Notes: a model not told the origin generated them from the letters alone. A stretch of DNA of 64,000 bases from Macrostomum lignano (GCA_002269645.1 NIVC01000470.1:1-64000); one strand, 5' to 3'; positions 22,130-33,878 are shown, counted from the stretch's first letter. Translations and numbers: made by a program.

Positions 22130-24545
22130 CTAAACATAAAAGAAGCGCAATGTCAAACATAGAAGAGCCACCATGTCGAACATAAAAGAGCTAACATATC
22201 GAATATTAAAGAGCCACCATGTCAAACCTAAACGAGCCACCATGTCTAATATTTAAGAGGCACCATTTAAAACATATAAGTGACTTTATGTCAAACATAA
22301 AAGAGCCACCATTTCGAACATTAAACAGCCACCATTTCGAAATTAAAGAGCCACCATGTCGAAAATAAAAGAGCCACTATTTCGAACATTAAAGAGCCAC
22401 CATTTCCAACATTAAAGAGCCACCATGTCGACCATAAAAAAGCCACTATTTCGAACATCAAAGAGCCACTATGTCAAACATTTAGGAGCCACTTTTTCGA
22501 ACATTAAAGAGCCACCTTATCGAACATAAAAGAGCCACTATTTTAAACATTAAAGAGCCACCATTTCGAACATAAAAGAGCCACCATGTCTATCATTAAA
22601 GAGCCACCATGTCAAACATTCAAAAGCCACATTGTCAAACATTAAAGAGCCACTATGTCAAACATTTAGGAGCCACTTTGTCGAACATTAAAGAGCCACC
22701 ATGTCAAACATAAAAGAGCCAACATGTCAGACTTTAAAAAAGCCACCGTATTAAATATAAAAGAGTTACCATGTAGAACAAAAAAGAGCCACCATTTCGA
22801 ACAAAAACGAGCCACCATGTCAAACATTCAAAAGCCACATTGTCAAACATTAAAGAGCCACTATGTCAAACATTTAGGAGCCACTTTGTCGAACATTAAA
22901 GAGCCACCATGTCGAACATTAAAGAGCTACCACGTCAAACCTAAACGAGCCACCATGTCTAATATTTAAGAGGCACCATGTAAAACATATAAGTGACTTT
23001 ATGTCAAACATAAAAGAGCCACCATTTCTAACATTAAACAGCCACCATTTCGAACATTAAAGAGCCACCATGTCGAAAATAAAAGAGTCACTATTTCGAA
23101 CATCAAAGAGCCACTATGTCAAACATTTAGGAGCCACTTTTTCGAACATTAAAGAGCCACCATGTCAAACATAAAAGAGCCAACATGTCAAACATAAAAG
23201 AGCCAACATGTCAAACATAAAGAGCCACCATGTCAAACATTTAAGAGCCACCATGTCAAACATATATGTGACTTTGTGTTAAACATTAAAGAGCCACCAT
23301 TTCGAACATTAAAGAGCCACCATGTCAAACATGAAAGAGCTATAACATGAAGAATATTAAAGAGCCACCATGTCGAACATAAAAGAGCTGCCATGTAAAA
23401 TAACAAAGCGCTACCAAGTTAAACATAAAAGAGCCACCATGTAAAACATTAAAGAGCCACCATGTGAAACATTAAAGAGCCACCATGTTAAACATTTAAG
23501 AGCCTTCGTGTCAAACCTAGAAGAGCCACCATGTCGAACATAACAGAGCTACCATGTCAAACATTAAAGAGCCACCATGTCAAACATTCAAAAGCCACAT
23601 TGTCAAACATTGAAGAGCCACTATGTCAAACATTTAGGAGCCACTTTGTCGAACATTAAAGAGCCAACATGTCAGACATTAAAAAAGCCACCGTATCAAA
23701 TAAAAAGAGTTAACATGTAGAACAAAAAAGAGCCACCATTTCGAACATAAAAGAGCCAACATGTCAAACATAAAGAGCCACCATGTCAAACATTTAAGAG
23801 CCACCATGTCAAACATATATGTGACTTTATGTCAAACATTAAAGAGCCACCATTTCGGACATAACAGAGCTACCATGTCAAACATTAAAGAGCCACCATG
23901 TCGAACATAAAAGAGCAACCATGTAAAACATTAAAGAGCCACCATGTCAAACATTAAAGAGCCACCATGTCGAAAATAAAAGAGCCACTATTTCGAACAT
24001 TAAAGAGCCACCATTTCGAACATTAAAGAGCCACCATGTCGACCATAAAAGAGCCACTATTTCGAACATTAAATATCCACCATGTCAAACATAAAAGAGC
24101 CAACATGTCAAACATAAAAGAGCCAACATGTCAAACATAAAGAGCCACCATGTCGAAAATGAAAGAGCCACTATTTCGAACATTAAAGAGCCACCATTTC
24201 GAACATTAAAGAGCCACCATGTCGACCATAAAAGAGCCACTATTTCGAACATTAAAGATCCACCATGTCAAACATAAAAGAGCCAACATGTCAAACATAA
24301 AAGAGCCACCATTTCGAACATTAAAGAGCCACCATTTCGAACATTAAAGAGTCACTGTGTCAAACATAAAAGAGCCACTGTTTCAAACATAAAAGAGCCA
24401 CCAGGTTAAACATTAAAGAGCCACCATGTAAAACATAAAAGAGCCACCATGTCTGACATTAAAAAGCCATCGTTTCAAACATAAAACAGTTGCCATGTAG
24501 AACTTAAAACAGCCACCATGTCAAACATAAAATTTACACAATTTC
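22130..24545. repeat. 22-23 bp heterogeneous array (AAAGAGCCACCATGTCAAACAT) inside Helitron copy 2
   Basis: Tandem, diverged units with internal block duplications. Confidence 0.95.
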
Positions 24546-24624
24546 AAACATAAAAGTAAGCGAATTTTAAAGGAGCCACTATAATGCTAAGGAAATTATC
24601 GCACTAGCTACTTATTGTCTGGTG

Positions 24625-25035
24625 GATGCTTGCTATTTGGGGATGCTATCTATGTAGGGGATGCTTGCTATCTGGCGGATGCTTGCTATCTGGGGGATGC
24701 TTGCTATCTGGGGGATGCTTGCTATCTGGGGGTTGCTTGTAATCTGGAAGATGCTTGCTATCTGGCGGATGCTTGCTATCTGGGGGATGCTTGCTATCTG
24801 GGGGATGCTTGCTATCTGGGGGATGCTTGCTATCTGGGGGTTGCTTGTAATCTGGAAGATGCTTGCTATCTGGCGGATGCTTGCTATCTGGAAGATGCTT
24901 GCTATCTGGCGGATGCTTGCTATCTGGGGGATGCTTGCTATCTGGGGGATGCTTGCTATCTGGGGGATGCTTGCTATCTGGGGGTTGCTTGTAATCTGGA
25001 AGATGCTTGCTATCTGGGGGATGCTTGCTGTCTTG
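24625..25035. repeat. 18 bp array (GATGCTTGCTATCTGGGG)
   Basis: Tandem units; remnant copy at about 27675-27885. Confidence 0.95.
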
Positions 25036-25717
25036 GGATGATTTCTTTTTGCATTGCACTTCCTTTGAGTATTTTGTCTGTTTTTTTTGTGAAGGCCTTT
25101 TTTGGCTATCTTTTTGTTACTTGTAGAGAACAGAGGTTCTATACAGATGTCCCCCAACGGGGGGCGAAGATTGCTAGTCTAATATACTAAAAATGAAATG
25201 CTTGGTTGCTTGCTTGTAATTGATTTTCTCCCGAACGGCTCAACCGATTTTCTTCAAACTTGCACCATTCGATCAGAAATTTTCCCGGGACGGTACATGC
25301 ATATTGGCTAAGAAATTGCTCAATGTTAAAGGGATTAAATATTCGAAAAACATGATTTTTTGCAAAGGTCAAGCAGCTCTTTCGACCTGAAATGCATTGT
25401 AAGAATGCTAGAGAAAAATCTGACTGGTTGAATTCTGATTCTGAAATAGATTGCATCACAATACACTTTATTTATCGTCTGTGTACTGGCTGAATTTGAC
25501 ACTCAATTGAATTGCGTCACAGCTTTGAGGGTGAAAGTATAGTGCAGTACTGAATTTATATTACGTAACCATATTGTTAACTTTCATAGACACTGGTACT
25601 GACTTGCCTAAGAAATTGATTATGTCATAACTGCTTCGCGTGACTTTTTACTCTACCTGACTTGGTGTGAGTGTTGAATTAATTATATAAGTGGTACAAA
25701 TTCACTGATAACTTCGA

Positions 25718-25780
25718 TGAGAGCTAGCCTAGAGCTGAGCAGACCAGACTGCTAATGCAGCGACCTGGGTTCGAATCTAA
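25718..25780 (+). ncRNA. tRNA-like (Ser-GCT-like) A/B-box cassette in Helitron copy 3
   Basis: TAGCCTAGAGCTG ... GACTGCTAAT ... GGGTTCGAATC. Confidence 0.5.
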
Positions 25781-25845
25781 GTAGTTTAAAAGTAGTAGTG
25801 TAAAATTTTTTATTAAAAGCTTTTATTAAAGGACTAAATAAAAAC

Positions 25846-27630
25846 ACTTAGATTACTGCACTCGATAAGCTAAGGATTATTGCTCTTGGCAAACCAAGGA
25901 ATACTGCACTCGATAAGCCAAGGATTATTGCTCTTGGCAAACCAAGGATTACTGCACTCGATAAGCCATGGATTATTGCTATTAATAAACCAAGGATTAC
26001 TGCACTCGATAAGCCAAGGATTATTGCTATTAATAAACCATGAATTACTGCACTCGATAAGCCAAGGATTATTGCTATTAATAAACCAAGGATTACTGCA
26101 CTCATAAGCCATGGATTATTGCTATTAATAAACCAAGGATTACTGCACTCGATAAGCCAAGGATTATTGCTATTAATAAACCAAGGATTACTGCACTCGA
26201 TAAACCAAGGATTATTGCTATTAATAAACCAAGGATTACTGCACTCGATAAGCCAAGGACTATTGCTATTAATAAACCAAGGATTACTGCACTCAATAAA
26301 CCAAGGACTATTGCTCTTGGCAAACCAAGGATTACTGCACTCGATAAGCCAAGGACTATTGCTCTTGGCAAACCAAGGATTACTGCACTCGATAAGCCAT
26401 GGATTATTGCTATTAATAAACCAAGGATTACTGCACTCGATAAGCCAAGGATTATTGCTATTAATAAACTAAGGATTACTGCACTCGATAAACCAAGGAT
26501 TATTGCTATTAATAAACCAAGGATTATGCACTTGGCAAACCAAGGATTACTGCAATCGATAAGCCAAGGATTATTGCTATTAATAAACCAAGCATTACTG
26601 CACTCAATAAACCAAGGACTATTGCTATTAATAAACCAAGGATTACTGCACTCAAAAAACCAAGGACTATTGCTCTTGGCAAACCAAGGATTACTGCACT
26701 CGATAAGCCAAGGATTATTGCTATTAATAAACCAAGGATTACTGCACTCGATAAGCCAAGGATTATTGCTATTAATAAACCAAGGATTACTGCACTCAAT
26801 AAACCAAGGACTATTGCTATTAATAAACCAAGGATTACTGCACTCAATAAACCAAGGACTATTGCTCTTGGCAAACCAAGGATTACTGCACTCGATAAGC
26901 CAAGGACTATTGCTCTTGGCAAACCAAGGATTACTGCACTCGATAAGCCATGGATTATTGCTATTAATAAACCAAGGATTACTGCACTCGATAAGCCAAG
27001 GATTATTGCTATTAATAAACCAAGGATTACTGCACTCGATAAACCAAGGATTATGCACTTGGCAAACCAAGGATTACTGCACTCGATAAGCCAAGGATTA
27101 TTGCTATTAATAAACCAAGGATTACTGCACTCAATAAACCAAGGACTATTGCTATTAATAAACCAAGGATTACTGCACTCAATAAACCAAGGACTATTGC
27201 TCTTGGCAAACCAAGGATTACTGCACTCGATAAGCCAAGGACTATTGCTCTTGGCAAACCAAGGATTACTGCACTCGATAAGCCATGGATTATTGCTATT
27301 AATAAACCAAGGATTACTGCACTCGATAAGCCAAGGATTATTGCTATTAATAAACCAAGGATTACTGCACTCGATAAGCCAAGGATTATTGCTATTAATA
27401 AACCAAGGATTACTGCACTCGATAAGGCATGGATTATTGCTATTAATAAACCAAGGATTACTGCACTCGATAAGCCAAGGATTATTGCTATAAATAAACC
27501 ATGAATTACTGCACTCGATAAGCCAAGGATTATTGCTATTAATAAACCAAGGATTACTGCACTCGATAAGCCATGGATTATTGCTATTAATAAACCAAGG
27601 ATTACTGCACTCGATAGCCAAGGATTACTG
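25846..27630. repeat. 24 bp A/B units forming a 48 bp higher-order array
   Basis: CCAAGGATTACTGCACTCGATAAG alternates with CCAAGGATTATTGCTATTAATAAA, with a third CTCTTGGCAAA variant. Confidence 0.96.
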
Positions 27631-27917
27631 CGCTTGATAAGCTTGGCTACATGTATAGGATTATTTCTATCCAGGGATGCTTGCTATTTAGGGATTCTTG
27701 CTATGTGCAGGATGCTTGCTATCTGGAAGGATGCTTCTACATTATTTGGGGTATGCTTGCTATCTGCAAGATGCTTGCTATCTGCAAGATGCTTGCTATC
27801 TGCAGATGCTTGCTATCTGGGTGGATGCTTGCTAGGAGTATTAGGGGATGCTTGCTACTGGGGGATGCTTGCTGTCTTGGGAATATTTTCTATTTAGGGG
27901 TAATGACTAAAATTCAT

Positions 27918-27978
27918 GAGAGCTAGCCTAGAGGTAAACAGACTAAACTGCTAAATGCAGGGACGATGGTTCGAATTT
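27918..27978 (+). ncRNA. Second tRNA-like cassette in Helitron copy 3
   Basis: TAGCCTAGAGG ... CTGCTAAAT ... GGTTCGAAT, nearly identical to 19354-19415. Confidence 0.45.
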
Positions 27979-28035
27979 TTAGAGAGTAGAGTTTTTTTAA
28001 TTAAAGCCTTTTAACGCCAAGACAAAAAAAATTAT

Positions 28036-28935
28036 GGAAGCGTCATGTAAACAATCATACAAGCGTCATGTAAACAATCATAGAAGCGTCATGTAAAAAT
28101 AATAGAAGCGTCATGTAAAAATCATAGAAGCGTCATGTAAAAATCATAGAAGCGTAATGTAAACAATCATAGAAGCGTCATGTTAAAATCATAAAAGCGT
28201 CATGTAAACAATCATACAAGCGTCATGTAAACAATCATAGAAGCGTCATGTAAAAAAATCATAGAAGCGTCATGTTAAAATCATAAAAGCGTCATAAAAA
28301 ATCATAGAAGCGTCATGCAAGCAATCATAGAAGCGTAATGTAAACAATCATAGAAGCGTCATGTTAAAATCATACAAGCGTCATGTAAACAATCATACAA
28401 GCGTCATGTAAACAATCATAGAAGCGTCATGTAAAAAAATCATAGAAGCGTCATGTTAAAATCATAGAAGCGTCATGTAAACAATCATAGAAGCGTCATG
28501 TAAACAATCATAGAAGCGTCATGTAAAAATCATAGAAGCGTCATGTAAAAATCATAGAAGCGTCATGTAAACAATCATAAAAGCGTCATGTAAACAATCA
28601 TAGAAGCGTCATGTATACAATCATAGAAGCGTCATGTTAAAATCATAGAAGCGTCATGTAAACAATCATAGAAGCGTCATGTAAAAATCATAGAAGCGTC
28701 ATGTAAAAATCATAGAAGCGTCATGTAAAAATCATAGAAGCGTCATGTAAAAATCATAGAAGCGTCATGTAAAAAATCATAGAAGCGTCATGTAAAAATC
28801 ATAAAAGCGTCATGTAAAAAATCATAGAAGCGTCATGTAAACAATCATACAAGCGTCATGTAAACAATCATAGAAGCGTCATGTAAAAATCATACAAGCG
28901 TCATGTAAACAAGCATAGAAGCGTCATGAAAAAAT
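28036..28935. repeat. 22-23 bp array, same family as 19490-20410
   Basis: ATCATAGAAGCGTCATGTAAA(C/A)A units. Confidence 0.96.
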
Positions 28936-29896
28936 TATAGAAGCCTCATATAAAAACTAATGAAAGTGTGTCATTTAAAAAATTAAGAAGCATCATGGAA
29001 GAATAAAAGAAGCGTAACGTAAAAATCAAAAGAAGCGTCATGTCAGACATGAAAGAAATGTCATATAAAAATTAAATGAAGCTATAGTACAGTGCTGTGC
29101 TGGGGAGAATTACTGAGACGTCAAGGCTCACAGAGAATAACTGAGATTACAGGGGGGTTTCTGAGATGTTAAAGCAAAAGTCAGAAGCTACTTCAAAGTA
29201 CATGTACTTTACTTAAGTTTTTTATTGCATTCTTTGTTGGCTTGCCACGGTGGGGGGGGCGCTGATAGAAGAAGAGTCATGTAAAAATAAAAGGAGCACT
29301 ATGTATACATAAAATAAAAGTCATGTCAAAGTTAAAAGATTCATTTGGGAATTGCTACGATGTCAAAGCTTGGAGGGAATCGTTATAGTGCTGTGATTCT
29401 TAAAGAAGGAATCACTTAAATGCCAAGGCTTAGGGAAGAAGAATTGCTGTGATTTCAAGGCTTTAGGTTGGGTGAAAGTTAGGTTTACGTCAGGTTTGGG
29501 TTGAGGGTTAGATTTTAGCGCGTTTCAAGGTTAACAGGGGATTTTTTAGATTTCAAGGTTTATGGGGGGCATCGCTGACATGTCAAGGCTTACGAGGGGA
29601 ATCTATCTATCTATCTATAGCTGAGATGTCAAGGCTCACGGGGGAATAAATGAGATGTCAAGGCTAATGTCAGAAGCTACATGTAGTTTATTGGAAAAAA
29701 GTTATTACATTATTTGTTGGCTCCTCACGGGAGGGATCGCTGATAGAAAAAGCGTAATGTAAAAAAAAAAGAAGCTTCATGTCAAAGTTAGAGGTTTCAT
29801 TTGGGAATCCCTACGATGTCGAGGCTTGCAGGGAATCGCTATAATGCTGTAGTAGTGCTATAGACTCTTAGAGAGAATTACTGAAATTTCAATGCT

Positions 29897-29930
29897 TTAG
29901 GGTTAGGGTTAGGGTTAGGGTTAGGGTTAG
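29897..29930 (+). repeat. Interstitial (TTAGGG)n tract within the Helitron tail
   Basis: 5-6 units in the same flanking context (GAAATTTCAATGCT) as 21265. Confidence 0.95.
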
Positions 29931-30511
29931 AAAATAGACAGATTTTTTAAGATTTCAGGCTTGTGGGAGCATTGCTGAGATGTCAAGGGGGGAGTTGATA
30001 TGTTAAGGCTTGTGGGGGGGGATTGCTGACATGTCAAGGCTTACAAGGGTACTGGTAGCGTACTGAAGCATACTGGTAGAAGTAGCTCTGAAAGAAGGCA
30101 AGTATGGTTGAATTTCAATGTCTGTTATAAAATTCTGCACAAACATGTTTTATTGGTACATAAGCCTGGAATTAAAATGAGAATTCGATTCCTAGCCCCC
30201 CTCCCTAAGAATTTTTTTTCATTTAAAAGGATTCGTCCCTTGCTTATTGGCCACCCCGAAGGCCATTTTTTATCAAAAATGATAAAAATAATTTTTATCA
30301 AACACGTTGACATATACAGGGCTCTAAACTAAAAACTGTAAAAAGTTGATAGTTTTGTTTTACCTAAAATGCGTTATTAACGATCTCCAAAAATTCCTAT
30401 TTTAAGCTTAAGCTTAAGAAAAACACTTAAAGTACTCCTGCTAAAAGGTATATTATATTAGACGAATATTAATTATTTCTGCTCCCCGAAGGGGGGCAAA
30501 ACTTTAGCTAG

Positions 30512-30660
30512 TGGAATTCTAAGAAACAAGTAGAAATTGAAAAGAGAGAAATAAAAAACCGTGTTACAACTACTTGGTGGCAATTAGTGGGATAGTTGGA
30601 GGACAGAAATAAGCCCTACGACAACTTTGGTGGCAGCTCGTAGGATATTCAATAAACACT
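30512..30660 (+). mobile_element. Right part of the interrupted LTR-like leader with two PBS-like motifs
   Basis: GTTACAACTACT-TGGTGGCAATTAGTGGGAT, then AGCCCTACGACAACTT-TGGTGGCAGCTCGTAGGAT about 53 bp later. Confidence 0.55.
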
Positions 30661-31559
30661 AGCATCAATATAGTTATGAGTTTAGAAAGACAGAGCCGAA
30701 AGGCCTGTCACAGTACATTAAACATTTATAATTATATACAATATTATATTATTTATCAATATCATACACATCAAAAAGAAAAGGTACAATGATTCTAAAT
30801 CTGAATTTGAACTTATATGCACAAAACAGACTTTTTAATGGTTTGAATAGTAGGCCTACCCTAATACAAGTACACTTCTGACCATTCGTTTTTGAATAGG
30901 TCGTTGTGACTGTTTTTGATTGACTTTGAACACAAAATATAGTTCGTTTCTAGGAATTTATTTTTCAAACTTTACCAAAATTAGGGTGCCTGTTTGTTTT
31001 TTAAAAACCCGCAACTTTTTATAGCCATAACGCCGCATCAAATTTTGTGTGGTCCATTAAATTACAAACTTTAATTTTATAAATGTTGTTTTAAAGCTGT
31101 TTAATACTCTCAAACAGTGAAGGGAAAAGATTAGCTCTTTCCTACCGGACTCTACTATTTCTACTGTGTGGCGGCCAGACTGGTGAGCGGGACCCGCCTG
31201 TACACAGGCCCCTGCACGCCTGGCTGCTGGGGAGTTTTGCCCAGCCAGCCAGTTCGATCTGACTCACACCTCCCGTTAAAGTATAAATGACTATGCTTAA
31301 ACAAATATACGCAAGAGCTTTTTGCTCGCTTGCCACTTTTAAAGCTACCACTCGCAAGCCGCTTTAACCGGATATTTTAAACGAGAGCTAAAATCTTTCA
31401 TTCCTTTGACTGCGTGTGTATAGAAATGAAAACCTACATTCCCACAAGAAGAATAGGCATTTAATATGCAGTTAAAAACGAAAAGTTTTGATCTGGTAAT
31501 TTTTCCTAAGACTTACTATAAGCATTGAGGGGAGGGGCAATGCAGAAAAAATCTGCCGC

Positions 31560-31722
31560 GTGGCAAAATGCGCTACAGGACAAAACATAGCGGGCAAACC
31601 AGCTCCTTCGGCGGGCAAATCGCTCGCTGGCAATTCACTCGCGGGCAAAATGCACTTCGGGCAAATCTCAGCGGGAGTATAGCTCGGCGGGCAATTCGTC
31701 TACTGGCAATTCTCATGGACCC
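31560..31722. repeat. Cluster of GCGGGCAAA/GGCAATT motifs at about 17-25 bp spacing; possible DNA-transposon terminus remnant
   Basis: About 8 dispersed motifs with non-repeating spacers, ending at GGACCC. Confidence 0.45.
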
Positions 31723-31799
31723 TTGGTTCTTGCCGGTTCTGGCAGGTGGCTATAGCCGATTTGCTGCATGGAACGTGACACCCTTTGCTCTCTCTCTCT

Positions 31800-31900
31800 C
31801 GCCCATTGTTTTCGACCCGCGGCCGATTGGCCAGTCAGTCCCTCCCATCGATCCTTTAAATTCTCTCTCCTCCGCACCGCGCTGATTGGCTGCATGGCCA
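31800..31900. promoter_or_regulatory. CpG-rich promoter-like segment with two CCAAT boxes (ATTGG at 31826 and 31885)
   Basis: NF-Y-type GCCAATC context on the minus strand; the linked transcript is unknown. Confidence 0.3.
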
Positions 31901-32149
31901 CTCATCCTCAACTCTCTCCCTCCTTTCTCTTTTTGGTGTTAAATTTTGCCGTCTGGCTAACCTCCTCCCCTAACCTTGGCTCGTTCGGCGACACCTCGTC
32001 GTGTGATACTGGTATTTGCTCTGAAACTGTGTGCTGTTTCTGTGCCGTTTCACTGCGAAGACTCGATCGATTCATTGCGAAGATTTTATTCGGAAAATCA
32101 ACAATCGAACGGCAAAATAGCTATAGCCCAGTAAATCTAGTATAGGCTC

Positions 32150-32365
32150 TACAGCTCGATCTGTGCGTCCTCTGTGAGGCCTCTGGACCCAGGCTCTACT
32201 CTGTGCGTCTTCTGTAAGGCCTCTGGACCCAGGCTCTACTCTGTGCGTCTTCTGTAAGGCCTCTGGACCCAGGCTCTACTATACCCTGTGCGTCCTGTGA
32301 CGCCACTGGACCCCGGCTCTACTCTGTGCGTCCTGTGACGCCACTGGACCTAGGCTCTACTCTAT
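32150..32365. repeat. About 39-40 bp minisatellite
   Basis: TCTACTCTGTGCGTC(T)TCTGTAAGGCCTCTGGACCCAGGC units. Confidence 0.9.
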
Positions 32366-33443
32366 GAGCGAAATTATTGTCAGTGTGTACCAACGTCTTA
32401 CATGTTTTTTATATACATACATGTATCCCCAGAGCGTCCCAACGCCTGATACTGTACGAGTCGTACATACAAATTTTGTTTCGTAGTTATTCATTTTGGG
32501 AACCCGAACTGACCCTTGTCTTTACAGTACAATCAAAAGCAATGGATAAAATATTTTTAACGAAACGATTACATCTATTTACCACAGACTACTTACAGTA
32601 GAAGGACGAGAAGGTACAATTAGTTTCGTAGAAATATTTTTACAATCGAATTTTCCAGAGAAATATAACTCCTAGTGATCATTGCCATGGTTGCGGTTGA
32701 TCTGGGCATGTCTGAGAAATTGCTTGTTTCGGCCAAATTGCATAAATAGTAATTAAATCTGTTTAATAACTTTTGCTGTAACATTCTGTTTAGCTGAAAT
32801 TGGACTAATGTCGACTAGCTTGCTATCTGCAAAAATAATCTACAAAAATATTGTGGCCTTAATTTTTGTTCCTGTCGAAATGACTTGCTTGTGAAGTTGG
32901 CATTGAGTAGCGAGCGACAACTGTGCAACAGTTATAAATGCGTGGCCGAACAGATTCTTCATCCAAGAAAAATCCGACCTCATCATCGCAGAATCTTGTC
33001 GTTATTAGATTTATTTGCGGCTGTGCCTGTGCAACGTTTTGTTATTCGGTTCGGTCACTAGGAAAAATTTCATCATTCTAATCGTGTTGGCTAATCTGTG
33101 CTTCAAGTTTTCTGTCTTGGATCATGTTCAGTCGGATTCTTTCCGTTGTCTGTCCCCCGGTCACTGTCGCGTTGGTTCCAAGCATATCGCATGCCAGATT
33201 ATATTGAAAATTAGAATATGGTCTTGTGGAGGATCGAGTGGCTCTCCTGAACCTACACGTGCAGTGACCGCATGGCAAACGGACGATGCGAGCCGGCTGA
33301 TCGAGAAGAGCCAGAGAAGTCAGTTCGACTGCAGATTTCTAAAATAAATTTCTACCTCGTAAAGAAATTTTATGTTGAGAATATTTTGTTTCTTGCGTTG
33401 AAAATTTTGATAAAATTTAACATACTTTGTAGATGTGAATGTA

Positions 33444-33878
33444 GTTTTAGTCACGGAGAATACTGTTTTAGTCACGGTGAACACTGTTCTAGTCACGGTG
33501 AATAGCGCTATAGTCACGGTGAATACTATTCTATTCACGGTAAATACTATTCTAGTCACGGTAAATACTGTTCTAGTCACTTTGAATACTGTTCTAGTCA
33601 CTTTGAATACTGTTCTAGTCACTTTGAATACTGTTCTAGTCACTTTGAATACTGTTCTAGTCACGGTGAATACTGTTCTAGTCACGGTAAATACTGTTCT
33701 AGTCACGGTGAATAGCGCTATAGTCACGGTGAATACTATTCTAGTCACAGTAAATACTGTTCTAGTCACGTTGAATGCTGTTCTAGTCACCGTGAACACC
33801 ACTCTATCAACGGTGAATACTGTTCTAGTCACGGTGAACACTGTTCTAGTCACGGTGAACACCACTCTATCACGGTGA
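33444..33878. repeat. 21 bp minisatellite (GAATACTGTTCTAGTCACGGT)
   Basis: Tandem units. Confidence 0.95.

Larger units (their letters stand above)
21553..25177 (+). mobile_element. Non-autonomous Helitron-like element, copy 2
   Basis: Same TCCTATATACTAAAAATG head. Ends CCCCCAACGGGGGGCGAAGATTGCTAG, fused directly to the TC of copy 3. Confidence 0.85.
25178..30511 (+). mobile_element. Mosaic non-autonomous Helitron-like element, copy 3
   Basis: TCTAATATACTAAAAATG head, then a 48 bp array, an 18 bp remnant and a copy-1-like body. It ends in a different terminus with a CCCCGAAGGGG hairpin and CTAG|T at 30508-30512. Confidence 0.8.
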
